A DNA stretch of 64,000 nucleotides from contig NC_042999.1 of NCBI RefSeq assembly GCF_006345805.1, forward strand, positions 17,422,001 to 17,486,000, in the 5' to 3' direction. This DNA is from Octopus sinensis (taxonomy: Eukaryota). The notes below the pieces were generated by a model. That model was not told where the DNA came from and did not search any database. It saw nothing but the letters and a program-made list of their open reading frames with translations. A program made the translations under genes and the position numbers. Shown in pieces: positions 27,218-40,132 of the stretch (its first letter is position 1; each line of letters starts with the position of its first letter).

Positions 27218-27440
27218 TGTATAAATGCATGTCTTTGTGTCTATATTCGTCTTCCACCACCGCTTGATAACCGGTGCTGATGTTTGCACCTCCTCCTAAC
27301 TTAGCGGTTCGGTAAAAGAACACGATAGAGAAAGCACCAGGTTTAAAAATGAAGTACTCGGCTCGATTCATTCGACTAAAGATTGAAACCGGTGCCCCAG
27401 CATGGCCACAGTCTAATGACAGAAACTAATAAAATATAGA
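26909..27440 (+). mobile_element. SINE family B with expanded internal microsatellite
   Basis: Head ggcgcaggcatgctatgtg...ccgggttcaattccactgcgtggcaccttgg; internal (TATC)n(CA)n(TA)n; tail gccccagcatggccacagtctaatgac. Confidence 0.85.
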
Positions 27441-27819
27441 AGGTAAAAAGCGTTTCTCGACAATAATTACTTTGGAGATTTCTGCTTCTTCAGTACCACA
27501 GAATTTATTTTCAGCTTATTCTGTCTAATCTGCGAAAGATCCGCATCTCAATGACCTCCATAATCTTCTCAGTTGCTGCGTATAGTGTCCAAGTTTTCAA
27601 CTACCAGATAAGATTTGGCGCAATATAAGTACTGACCGCATATAACTGGAACTTGACTTATATAACACAGTATGAGGTGGGGATTTCGATTTAAATTTTA
27701 TTTTTATTTATCGTAATTGTGGACTTGGGTTTCTGGGTTTATGCATTGTTTGTAGGAGTTTTACGATTTCACTGCCGTCCGTCACTCGTATATTGTTATT
27801 TCTAAATTAAATATATATA

Positions 27820-28050
27820 AATTTCTTTACTACCCACAAGTGGCTAAACACAGAGGGGACAAACAAAGACAGACAAAGGGATTAAGTCGATGATATCGAC
27901 CCCAGTGAGAAACTGGTACTTAATTAATCGACCCCGAAAGGATGAAAGGCAAAGTCGACCTCGGCGGAATTTGAACTCAGAACGTAACGACAGACGAAAT
28001 ACCGCTAAGCGTTACGCCCGACGCGCTAACGTTTCTGCCAGCTCGCCGCC
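27820..28050 (-). mobile_element. SINE family A monomer with Tx1-like tail
   Basis: Full element; TSD-like aaattaaatatatat / aaattgaatatatat. Confidence 0.9.
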
Positions 28051-28109
28051 AAATTGAATATATATGTGAGCAAAGCTTCGTGGTGTCGCTACGGTTGCGG
28101 TTGAAGCTT

Positions 28110-28484
28110 GTCCTCCTCTCCTCCTCCTTCTCTTCCTTCTCCATCTACCTTAACTTCTTCTTTCTCCTCTTCTTCATTTTCTTCTTCCTACACTTCTTTT
28201 TCTTCTTTCCCATCCTCCACCACCTCCACCTTCACCTCCTCTTTTATTTCTTCTTGATCCACACCCTCCCCTTCCTTCACCGCTTCTTCCGCTCCTTTTT
28301 ATCTTTCCCCTCCTTTTCTTTTCCTCTTACCTTCACGTCCCCCTCTTCTTCCTTCTTCTTCTTCTGCTTCTTCTCCTTCTTCTGCTTCTGCTTCTTCTTC
28401 TCCTTCTTCTGCTTCTTCTTCTTCTTCTTTTTCTTCTTCGTCTTCTTCTATTACTAATACCACTACTACTGCTGCTGTTGCTGT

Positions 28485-28520
<36 letters not shown>

Positions 28521-28524
28521 AACA

Positions 28525-28561
<37 letters not shown>

Positions 28562-28564
28562 TAT

Positions 28565-28599
<35 letters not shown>

Positions 28600-28654
28600 G
28601 CTACTACTATATCTACTACTACTACTACTACTACTACTACAAATACTACAACAA

Positions 28655-28702
<48 letters not shown>

Positions 28703-28705
28703 CTA
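28110..28705. repeat. (TTC)n-rich then (CTA)n microsatellite
   Basis: Visible trinucleotide tracts. Confidence 0.95.
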
Positions 28706-29071
28706 CAGTCCCAGCTATTGCTGCTAGTGATATTGTCCCATCGCAGACAACTGCTAATATTTCTTCCCATCTTTTTTCATTATCAACTGATACGATTATT
28801 GTTTTCGACTCTTGATATAATTCTTGGTTGGGTGGTTCTAGAATTCTATAAATATTAGTAACATTTGATTAGATTTAAAGGCAAATGAAATATCGTCTGT
28901 AAATATTCTCCCGTATATATTCGAAAGCACAGAAAGCCAAAGAGAGAGAGGGGGAGAAAGAAAGTGAGAGAAGGTGAGAGAGAGACAAAGAGAGAAAGTG
29001 AGAGAGAGAGAGAAAAAGAGAGAACTATATATATATATATATATATAGCGAGAGAGAGAGAGAGAGAGACA

Positions 29072-29108
<37 letters not shown>

Positions 29109-29321
29109 TAGATAGACAACACATATAAATATATATATATAGACAGACATACACAAATATATGCGTATGTAGATGTCTATATGTATCTGTCTCCCAGTCT
29201 CTGTACACACACACGGAAACACACACAGAGAAACATATATATATATGCATTCATAAATACATACATATATACATACATACGTACGTATAAGAATACATAC
29301 ATACATACATACATACATACA

Positions 29322-29353
<32 letters not shown>

Positions 29354-29612
29354 AATATGAAATGAAAAGAAAACTGAAAAGCAACAAAGAAAATCTCACC
29401 GCGAAAACAAGAAGTTGAAATAGCGAAAAACAATTTCGAATTATTATTGTAAGTTTTACTTATATAGGTAGCTGTTAATTTTCTTTTAGCTGTCGTAATA
29501 CAATTGAATTTCAGATTTCACCTGAATATCAATGCATAAGCCACACTTTCTCTCTCTTGTAATTTTTGATGCCATTACTTAAAGATACACCCACACATAA
29601 CTATAAGTTGTC

Positions 29613-29665
<53 letters not shown>

Positions 29666-29789
29666 ACTACATATATAGATACATACATGTATATTAGTGT
29701 ATGTATGTATATATATATATAATATATATATATATATACACACATATATACATATGTACATACATACATACATATATATATATATATAC

Positions 29790-29832
<43 letters not shown>

Positions 29833-29848
29833 ATATATATAATATATA

Positions 29849-29880
<32 letters not shown>

Positions 29881-30242
29881 GTATGTATATATAAGACTGC
29901 AACTAATTCCTAATATCATATCTCGAAATGCAATTCCATCAGAGGGCACTCATGTATATATAATTACAATGTAAACGTGTACATGTATACACTCTTGTAT
30001 AGATGCATGCACAGGCACATGCGTATGTGTGTGTGGCTCTGGGTTTAAATCAAGACAATGCTGGAGGGATTGTTTATAAATAATTTAGTAGTCGTAACTA
30101 TGGAGATATATTAAAGGCAACCTTAACTATAAGAGAAGTCCTCTTCGACGTCTGCAGTTAACTTTTCCGAAAATATATGGGAATGCATTTGCATAAGAAT
30201 CTCTACACATTGCTGCGTGTTTCTTAAGGAATGTGCATTCAA

Positions 30243-30330
30243 AAAGCGCATGACTTAGTGGTTAACGTGTTGCAATCACGAGTGCGAGTTCGTGGATTTG
30301 ATTCCCAGATCAAGAGTTGCGTTGTTTTCA
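30243..30330 (+). mobile_element. tRNA-SINE head fragment (family C-like)
   Basis: tgacttagtggtt A-box and degenerate B-box, followed by gcgttgt. Confidence 0.55.
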
Positions 30331-30334
30331 CATA

Positions 30335-31075
30335 CTATGGTCTCCACCTCGTCTGCCACCTCGCTCCAATTGTTGACCGCCTGGGAGTCTAGGTTCAAAC
30401 AAACTCCAGTCACCTTAACAGAACCATCTGTCCAGTGACCCAGAACACTGGTCGATCGACTTGTCCTTAACTTTTGATCCTGCCACCGCCTCGTATCCTT
30501 TTATAGCATCTTCTACACAAGGTAGCTGAGCCTCGTTGCCCACGATGAAGGTGACGTTATCCGAATAAGCAGAGACTTCCCACATCCGATTTCCTTAGGG
30601 TTACTTCCCAACCTCTCCAGCTTCCACAGCAATGGCTCAAGCTCCAACACGTATAGAAGCGGAGACAAAGGACACCATTGACGAACTGAACAAACGATCG
30701 AAAACGGCGCTGTTAGGTAACTGTTTATCTGGACCGTCGACTTGAAGCCGCTATACATAGCGGTGATCAACCGCTCCGAGGTCCGCTCCCACGTACTTAT
30801 GGTCTACCCTATCGAACGCTTTACTTACGCCTAAATTGACCATTACTCTACCCTTGCCGGTTATTTTACCCACCCCGTCGAAGGTGTAGCGGATAAGGTA
30901 AAGATGTCCTTGATCGACCTGCCTGTGATTGCACATGTCTGTGCTTTCCCTACAACTTTCTCCACGATAACCGTCAACCTTTTTGCTAACACCTTGGCCA
31001 AAATCTTTAATTCAACGTTAAGTAGCCTTCTGGGCCTATAATTCTTTATGCTGTCCCCCTTACCACCGCTTTCCG
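30335..31075 (-). mobile_element. Decayed Tx1/L1-clade RT fragment
   Basis: KNYRPRRLLNVELKILAKVLAKRL, KAFDRVDH, VRQWCPLSPLLYVL, AYSDNV (YADD), GYEAVAGSK and GHWTDGSVKV. The last two are homologous to the start of the 58694 ORF. Several frameshifts. Confidence 0.85.
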
Positions 31076-31157
31076 GACTTGCTTCGCCATTAGTATTTAT
31101 GTTTTTGTCATCCAAATAATTGGAAGATTTAGTAATGTGTATACATAAAATTAACTT

Positions 31158-31678
31158 AAACAATATTTTGCTGTGTTTCACCAAAAAGGAGAATAATAAA
31201 TGTTACTAAATCTGACTAGAGTGTCAGGAGATGCCTGCATTTTTGAAATAACTAAACCGCTCTAATGCTGTAGTTAATGCACATGAATGAAAATATATCC
31301 ACTCACAGGGACCATAATCATCCGAAAAGTGCTGATTGAGACTCTTAATTCTAACGCTAAATCATCCACATTTTTTGATGACGAAATCATAAATGCTAAT
31401 GGCGAAGTTTGTCCGGAAAGAGTTGAGGTCGAGCGGTCTTAACTGATGGGGCAACGAAAATTGCCGAAACCGACGCGTCAGTATTAAAATTCTCGTTCTG
31501 TACTTTTCAGACGGTTATGGTTCTTCTTAGTGTATATGTCTGCATGCATGTGCGTTAACTAAAGCATTAGAGCGGTTTAGCTCCTATTTCTAGCAATGTA
31601 AGTGTTTCCTAACACCCTAGTCATATTTAGAGACATCTGTAATTCTCAGTTTTGTTGAAATATTGCAAACTACTGTTT
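31158..31678. mobile_element. ~520-bp imperfect palindrome (inverted pLTR pair) with central hammerhead remnant
   Basis: 31158-~31360 is the reverse complement of ~31475-31678 (e.g. ctaaaccgctctaatgct / agcattagagcggtttag). CTGATGG-ggcaa-cgaaaa-ttgcc-GAAAC at 31443-31470. Confidence 0.75.
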
Positions 31679-31698
31679 ATATTAATTATATATATATA

Positions 31699-32032
31699 TA
31701 CGTGAAGGCTCAGTGGTTATAGCGTCGAGCTTACGATCGTGAAGTTGTGGGTTCGAATCCCGGACCGAGCTGCGTGTTGTGTTCTTCAGCAACACAGTTT
31801 AGTTCACGTTGCTCCAGTTCACTCAACCGTAGAAATGACTTGCGACGTTACAGGTGCCAAGCTGTATCGGCCCATTTGCCTTTCCCTTGGGTAACATCTG
31901 TGGCGTGCAGAGGGGAGGCCGGTATGCATGGTCGACTGCTGGTCTTCCATAAAACAACCTTGCCCGGACTTGTGCCTGGGAGGGTAACTTTCTAGGTGTA
32001 ATCCCACGGTCAGTCATGACCGAAGGGGGTCT
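31699..32032 (+). mobile_element. tRNA-derived SINE family C
   Basis: A-box ggctcagtggtt, B-box ggttcgaatcc, then gcgtgttgtgttcttcagcaacac...gttgctccagttcactca; tail gtcatgaccgaagggggtc. Confidence 0.8.
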
Positions 32033-32329
32033 GAGAAATATATGGTGGACTCTCCTGTCGGTTTCTAGCAGCTGACGACCTAAACTTTCTTCATCAGCCA
32101 TATTGCTAATACAGAATGTGACATTCGAGTCCTGCCAACGAGTTGCAAAGAAACCCGTAGATGTTGCAACTATGGGGATTAAGTCAGTTCAGGCGGTATA
32201 TTTGCAGCTGCTTTTGTCGTTTGCCTCGCCATTTGCACACGATTTCCTCCATTATTGTTCGCTCTTAGGCTGTTTACTCAAAGGTGTTGTAAGTTACGGA
32301 TTGGTGTAGCAAATTAGACGTGCTGGTGT

Positions 32330-32830
32330 ACTTCTGCGCACAAGTTACTGTAATTAGGCTTCATCTGCCCCATTGAACATTATTTTTAATTGTAGAATGA
32401 TCTGAAGTGTAAAAGCAAATGTATTAGATTTTAGATGTCGGCGAGTGTTGGGTTTGTAAATTATTAGGAGAGAGAAGATCGTGAGTGTGATGTGTGTTTA
32501 GGACATAAGGTTAACAATTAGCTCGTGTATCGTGACTGAAACTAGTCATAGATTTGTATGGCTTCTGTCTCGGGATATTTTCTCGTGGAATCATTTGCCA
32601 TTAACCTGGCGGATGATCTTCCTATTTCTTAAGAACTGCACGATTTAACCTACTAATTTGTCAGCCAGCTTCAATATGTCATGACACTGAGTGAGATGTT
32701 AGAATTTGATGAACACGAAACGAAATAAAGATATTCCTGTTACTGTCTGATAGCTAAAGTATACTTAATTAGTGGGGTGGGGTCCAACTAATTGTAATCA
32801 TTCCTTTGTTTACGAGTCCAAATCAGCTAT
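32330..32830 (-). pseudogene. Possible very old Penelope-type RT remnant
   Basis: In order on the - strand: NKGMITI (ADKG-like), LKSNTFAF and MG..KPNYSNL (GxAMGxxxAPxYANL-like). Heavily decayed. Confidence 0.3.
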
Positions 32831-34299
32831 GATCACATTGGTTCATTTTCGCCAGAAGAATTTAAGCTCTAATAGTTTAATATTTTATCAAACATAGAGT
32901 ATGTCCAATATTATATCCTTCCTATTCTGTAGGAAGAAAACCTAGGAAGAAGTGTGCAGCAGGTATTCTTCAGATTAGGTCTCACTTATGTTAGTGTTTC
33001 CCCACTTAACTCCTCTTCCTTTGGGGATCCAGGCTGCATCCATGTGATGATTCCTGGGAATGACTCTCTTGCTGTATTCTCTCCGTATTGCGACCCTCTT
33101 GGATGGTCAATGTGCTCCAGGGCGACACTATTTCCTATTTTGTATTGTAGTGTATTGTTGTTTTGATGAAAATTGGTAGTGCTTTCAAATCGGGCATTTG
33201 TTCACATAAATTGGTTATCGTAACAAGACGAAGGAACTATATACTATTTAACGTAGTGCAAATAAGTTCTTTTAACATTTTTGTGTTTGTCACTTGCTCA
33301 TAATTTCGAAATACTCTAATATTAGGTTATTTTATGATTTCTAAGTAATCATACGTTATAATTTGTTTGCTCAATGTAACACAGGCGCAAATCTCATCGA
33401 TGTTTTCTGTGAAAATGGTTTCATTTCTTTTATGTTTTTCTACAAATTCACATACACTCACAATTTAATGTGATATAAAGTTTGTTTTCCACAATTTGCT
33501 TCTCAGCAATACATCTTTGAACTACTAATGCCTTTTTATTCATATAAATATTGATTTAGTTTGTACTGGCTTAAAATGATATAAGCAAGTGCGTTATCTA
33601 TTAACTCTTTAAACACTACAGTTCCGAAGACTAAAGAAATATTCATTCTGTCCGCAATTCGAGCATGAATCTAGGCTTCGTTTCTCGAGACGAATATGAC
33701 GTATTAAACCCGGGACTGAGAAGTAATGAACTATGTATGACAAATATCCAATTTGTCGTGGACAGTAAACGTTTGGCAACAAAGATGCATCTGGAAGAGT
33801 CAAGGGATTCTAATTGTTCTTTTGTTATTTACAAACATTGACAACTTGCAAACACGGAGCATCAGCAATTTGTCCATAAAATCAAATATGTTAACTATTA
33901 GCATTGCAATGTTTCATAATTATTGATCTCTCTAACCAACAGAACGCACAAAAGACCAGAAAGGCTATATCCATTATATCGTTACAATTATTTATATTAT
34001 TATATTTGTCGTTTTCTTCTGTCTGGTAGCTATAGCGAAAGATACTTTTTCTCTTCAGCCAAGTCCTCATCGACTTTATCAAGTTCCACTTGAAAAGGAT
34101 ATTGAGGGTGGAGAGGAGGTACTATCCCTCAGTATTTTTTGCTTGAAAGATGAGTGAATGTAACGAGGACAGGAAATGTGGTTGGGCCTACTCTGACGAT
34201 ACGCTTATAAACCAGAGGATTTGAGACGGAGAGGGGAACCAGCTGAGATTACCTGGCGGTCGGGCTAAGAATTACGTGAGGGATACTTTGGTTGTCCTT

Positions 34300-34443
34300 G
34301 TTATTATTATTATTATGATCATCATCAACATCATCATCATCATTATCATCATCATCATCACCACCATCAACACCACCACCACCACCACCACTACCACAAC
34401 TACCACCACCACCACCACCACTACCACAACCACCACCACCACC

Positions 34444-34477
<34 letters not shown>

Positions 34478-34545
34478 TAGTCATCATTATTATTATTAGA
34501 TATATTATTATTATTATTATTATTATCATCATCATCATCATCATC
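34300..34545. repeat. Compound (ATC)n/(ACC)n/(ATT)n microsatellite
   Basis: Visible; source of the poly-D/G/N/T ORFs. Confidence 0.95.
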
Positions 34546-35227
34546 AAGGCGACGAGCATTTCTTTCGTCCTTAAGTTCCCTGAGTTCAAATACCACCGAG
34601 GTCGACTTTATCTTACGTCCTTTCGGGGGTCAATAAATCAAGTATCAGTTCAGTAATGGGGTCGATGCGATCGACTGTCCACCCCTCACCTCCCACAAAA
34701 ACTAGGTTTTCTGCCTATTGTAAAAAGGACTATTTTTTTTTATGAATGCGGCGAACTGGTAGAATCGTTAGCACGCCGAACAATATGCTTCGCGGTATTT
34801 TTGCCTGTCTTTACGATCTGCGTTCAAATTCCTTCGAGGTCGACTTTGCCTTACATCATTTCGGGGTCGGTGTAATAACTGCTGTTCAAATACTGCGGTT
34901 GATACAATCGACTTATCCCCTCCACGAAAATTTCAGGATTTGTGCCTACAGTAGTAAGGATTATTGTCGTTGTTTCTTCTTCTTCTTCTTCTTCTTCTCA
35001 TCCTTATTTATATTGTGAAGGTGACAATTTGGCAGAGTCAATAGGAGGCCAAGCAAAAATGCGTAGCGGCATTTCGTGCGTCTTTATGTTCTGAGTTCAA
35101 ATTCAGCCGGGGTCGACATGCCTTTCATTCATTCGAGGTTGATAAGCTATCAGTTCACTTCGGAGTCGTTGTAATATACTTCACTGTTTTCCGGAACTAC
35201 TCGCCTTGGGCCAAACTTCAAAACCAC

Positions 35228-35297
<70 letters not shown>

Positions 35298-35483
35298 TAG
35301 TATATTTTTTATAGCGTGCTTTCTCTTCACTACCGAGCGCAGCTCTGTGTGCCTTGGGTATGTGCTGTGATTTGTTGTGATGCTCTGATGGTTACTGTAT
35401 GGAAAGTGTTCTGCGTAGGATGTGTGCAGTGCCTAGTAGTACAATTATTATTATAATTATTATTATTATTATCATTATTATTA

Positions 35484-35525
<42 letters not shown>

Positions 35526-36233
35526 CATCATCCAGACGGCGAGCATTTCGTTTGTCCTTAAGTTCTCTGAGTTCAAATTCCACCGAGGTCGACCTTGTCT
35601 TACGTCCTTAAGTATCAGTTCAGTACTAGGGTCGACGCGATCGACAGCCCATCCCTCACCTCCCACAAAAACTAGGTGAACTGGCAGAATCGTTAGCACG
35701 CCGAACGATATGGTTAGCGGCATTTTTTTCCTGTCTTTACGATTTGCGTTCAAATTCCTCCGAGGTCGACTTTGCCTTACATCCCTTCGGAGTCGGTGGA
35801 ATAATTGCTATTCAAATACTGGGGTTGATATAATCGACGTGTCCCCTCCACGAAAATTCTAGGCTTTGTGCCTACAGTAGAAAGGATTGGATTATTGCTG
35901 TTGTTGTTTCTTCTTTTCTTTTCTTCTTCTTCTTCTTCTTCTTCTTCTTCTTCTTCTTCTTCTTCTTCTTCTTCTTCTTCTTCTTTTCTTCTTCTTCTCA
36001 TCATTATTTATATTATGAAGGCGGCAAGTTGGCAGAGGCGATAGCAAGCCAAGCAAATATGCGTAGCTGCATTTCGTCCGTCTTTATGTTCTGAGTTCAA
36101 ATTCAACCGAGGTCGACATGCTTTTTCATCCATTCGGGGTTGATAAGATAATTATCAGTTCAGCTCTGGGGTCGTAATATGCTTCACTGTTTTCCGGAAA
36201 CTATTCGCCTTGGGCCAAAATTCGAAACCACCA
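34545..36233 (+). repeat. Tandem duplication of a three-SINE(A) composite (~34545-35228 and ~35535-36233)
   Basis: Both copies share private features: deleted head ggcga(cga)gcatttc, ccctcacctcccacaaaaactaggt, a (TTC)n spacer and cgccttgggccaaa.ttc.aaaccac. Confidence 0.85.
35295..35444 (-). mobile_element. 5'-truncated 3' end of an R4/Dong-clade LINE within (TAA)n
   Basis: Encodes IVLLGTAHILRRTLSIQ*, typical of the C-terminus of R4/Dong restriction-like-endonuclease ORFs. Short 3' UTR; (TAA)n on both sides. Confidence 0.75.
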
Positions 36234-36234
36234 C

Positions 36235-36282
<48 letters not shown>

Positions 36283-36288
36283 GAAGAA

Positions 36289-36490
36289 GAAGGCGGCAAG
36301 CTGGCAGAATTGTTAGCACGTTGGACTAAATACTTAGCGATATTTGATTTCAAATTCCGCCGAGGTACACTTTGCCTTCCATCCTTTCGTGATCGATGAA
36401 TTAAGTACTAGTGAAATACTGGGGTCAATGTAATCGACTACTCCCCATCCCCCAAATTTCAAGCTTTGTGCCTATCGTAGAGAAAATTAT
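36289..36490 (+). mobile_element. SINE family A copy (type 2 tail, internal deletion)
   Basis: aaggcggcaagctggcagaa...ttcaaattccgccgagg...ctttgtgcctatcgtagagaa. Confidence 0.8.
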
Positions 36491-36709
36491 TGTTATAGCT
36501 AATCTGTTTTATGTTCAAACTGACCAGATCCAGGCCCTCACACCTACCCTACAATGTTATTCTACATTAAGTAATTACACCATCAAGATCTTGAAGATAT
36601 GAGATAATGCATGATTAATTGAAATCAGTGGGAATCAATAGGCATTATGTTTGATAGAATAATCTGAACACTAAAGGGTTAAGTTGGCGTGCTGGCAGAA
36701 TCATTCTTG

Positions 36710-37739
36710 GAAATAGAGCATGACAGACAGCTCGGAATATTAATGGAGTAGTTCATTCTAATGTTATTACACAGCAGACATTATCAAATAGTTTTGCAAA
36801 ATTTCGTTCTGGTAACTTTGACCTCACAAATAAGCAACGCGGTCAACCAGAAACAAAGGTTGGATAATGAAGAAATGAAAGTCGCCGTCGAGTCAGGTCC
36901 ACCTTAAAGTGCCTTTGAATTATTGTTGTTATTTGGTGTTAGCAAGCAAACAGTATTGACTCACCTACTTCAAATTGGTAAAATGAAAAGTTTCGATAAA
37001 TGGGTTCCACATGAACTGAATGAAATTCAAAAGCAGCAACGTTTGGAAGCATGCATTATGCTACTTTCTCGTCACAAAAATAAATCATTTTTGAATCGAA
37101 TTGTAACATGTAATGAGAAATGGATCCATTCAGCACAATGGTTGGACAAAGACGAGCCACCAAAAACACAGTCAAAAAAGCAAAATTCATGAAAGAGAAG
37201 CAGACGGTGTGTTTTTGGTGGTTTGGCGCAGGTGTGATCCCTTATAATTTCATGAAACCTGGCTCATCAATCACAGCCGAATTATACTGCAGTCAACTGG
37301 ACCAAATGATACAGAAACTTACAAAAATCAGCCTAGATTAATCAAGAGATACACACCTATTTTATTACAAGACAACACCAGGCCATACATCGAAAAAATT
37401 ACCTTGGCGAAACAATTGGAGTTGGAGTTGGAAGCTCTCCATCATCCACAATACTCACGTGATCTTGCACCCACTGACTACGCCTTCTTCTAGAATTTGG
37501 ATAATTTTTAGATAGGAAACATATTTAATTCCGATGATGCTGTAAAACAGGCCTTCCAAGAATTTATTGTCTCTAGTTTGCCAGGGTTTTGAAGTTCCGC
37601 GCTGGACAACTACTGCCGAAATGGCAAAAGTGTATTGACAATATGAGTGCATAGTTTGATGAATAAAGCTATTGGTTTTATTCATAAAACATTACCAATC
37701 TATTTTTCTTTTCTACAAATTTCATACTTGACGACCTAA
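36710..37739 (+). mobile_element. Decayed mariner (Tc1/mariner) transposon, 5'-truncated
   Basis: FAKFRSGNFDL, KWVPHEL, RIVTCNEKWI, LQDNTRP, HPQYSRDLAPTDY and KWQKCID. 3' TIR-like ttcatacttgacgacctaa followed by TA. Confidence 0.9.
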
Positions 37740-39070
37740 TAATAAATATGTTTTCTTTTTCATTTTTTTTCATTTCGGCTAAGAGACACAAACGTCAGTG
37801 ATACTCTACGCCGACAATCGTTTTGCACAATAATGTGTAATGTGATTTTCAGTTTAAAATTGAATGTACAAATATATTAAATTCAAATAAATTTGCAAAA
37901 CATGTTTAATACAAATCTTGAAACTTGTGGGCACAAAGAGGAGTACTTTGTTACATTTCCTTGAAATAATTTTTAATGGAAATAGAAATATTATTATAAT
38001 TTCCATGCATAATTTGTTACAAGAACATTTTGTACTATTTTGAACACATTCATAGCACCTTTCTTAGAAAGATTGCTCCATGCTGTTTCTTCACTATATT
38101 TCTTTATCATTTCTCCTAGAATGAAGAACAGTATCTTTAATAATTTTTCAACTCAAATATTCCGTCACGCAGATAATTCATCAAAACCATTTCTATCTAC
38201 TCCATTTCTAAATAATTTGTTTCTGTTTATCATATTATCATTCAAGTTCTTAATGTTACATCTACTATCTACCATTTACTCATATCCATAACAATTTCAC
38301 AGCTCTTTAATTACTTCCCTTTATATTTCCATATTTCATCAAAGCTACCAAGATAATACACGATAGTATATCAATTTATCTCTACTTTCTATCTCGGTCT
38401 TTCAGTGCAGTTATCTCCACATTCTTTATTCTAGAAAAAAAAACATTTTTAATTTCCATGCCACAGTGATACCGATCATATATCTTATAGTACATCATAA
38501 TACACACCTTATACATACTTTTCATTTCCCAATTTATTTCCAATACACCCTTAAAAATTTGTCGTATTTTACACATCTTGAAATTTACATTGACACCTTT
38601 CCGCAAAGTGTTCGAGATGTCACCACTTTAATTTATTCTAGACGCGCATTTCCATTTATTCTAGGCGTCACTGTTTCTCCCTAACTTAGGTGACGATTGC
38701 CAATCTCAGTTTCTGCTTGTTTCTCTATTAGTTCAAATACATAATCAAAAATACATCAGTTTGAAATATATGACAAACATATCATTTTGGTAAATATTTG
38801 AAACATCCCCGTAAATCTATGATTCTAACTGTTTACTGTGTTTATAAGCCTTTCCGTAATCAGCAACAAATTGTCAGTAATTTTTCTAACGCTAATGTCA
38901 AGCAATAACACAAACTATTGCGACGTTGGATAGAATACTTAGTGTTATTTGTTTTTACCCCTTGAGTGCAATTCGTGACAAATTTAATTTTGCTGTCATC
39001 AGTCTGGGAAATAAAATACCAGTCGAAGTTTCATGATGTTTTCTCTATTTCTTCCCAACCACTCTCTCTT

Positions 39071-39509
39071 GGCAGCCTTTACATTGAACCAATAGAAGTT
39101 TCATTGGTCACTATTCACGGTCTAGACTTGTTTCCATATTCTTTTCCTAGAAAATATTATGCTAAAAAAGATCCCTTCAAGAAAACCTCAGTGTAGTGTA
39201 GAGGAAGACGTGCTTAAAAAGATTCTGACTAAAAGAAAAGAAAATTGTGAAAATTTCCCTTTTTTTGTATATTTTTGCCTTTCATTTTTTATTCTCCGTG
39301 AGGAATGAGAGTTCGAAGGATAGTTTTTTTCCAAACTCCACTGATTAATATTGTGAATACATTCATAGCCCTCCATTGCAGCCTTTTCATTGAATCGTTA
39401 GAAATTTCATTGGTCACTATTCACGGCCTAGCCCTGTTTCCACATTCTTTTCCTAGGACATATGCTAATTAAAAGAATCCCTTCAAGAACACCTCAATGT
39501 AGTGTAGAG
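39071..39509. repeat. ~130-bp direct repeats (39071-39202 and 39377-39509)
   Basis: gcagccttt.cattgaa...tttcattggtcactattcacgg.ctag...cccttcaagaa.acctca.tgtagtgtagag occurs twice. Confidence 0.85.
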
Positions 39510-39958
39510 CAAAAGATACATAAAAATATATTTTATATTACGAAAAGATATATGATGACAATGGGAAATTTAGTAAAATTAATGCCTGGACTTTACGAGA
39601 AATTGATAATTTGATGTGTTTATGTAAATGCCCATCAAATTATTTGATACAAGTTTAAGAAATACACAAACACATAAAAACACTCATTCAAGTTTTTTCT
39701 TTTGTTAATATTTCTTTTACTATGTTCTGATTTCAAATACCACCATGGTCGATTTTGTCTTTCATCATTTTGAGGTCGATAAAATAAGTACCAGCCAAGT
39801 GTTGCAGTCGATGTAATCAGCTAGACACCACTCCTCCTAACTTATGGGCCTTCCGCCAAAATTTGAAAGCAATAATTCTTTCACTGATATTTCGATGCAT
39901 TTCGTATTATATTGATTTTAAATTGTTCTTATTGTCTTTTTTTATTCATAACATAAAT

Positions 39959-40132
39959 TTACATTATTTACATTATTTATATTTGACGGATATCTGTTCT
40001 CATCTTGTTGTTAACACAACGTTTCGGCTCATATCATATATCATTAACAAGAAACAAGATGAGAACAAATATCCGTGAAACGTAAATAACGTAAATAATG
40101 TATATAATTCCTCATCTCTTAAATATAGATCT
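39959..40132. mobile_element. Short fold-back element with 14-bp TSD and hammerhead 3'-half remnant
   Basis: Arms 39960-40014 and 40044-40102. TSD ttcataacataaat at 39945-39958 and 40133-40146. The - strand reads gccGAAAcgTTg at 40017-40028. Confidence 0.75.
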
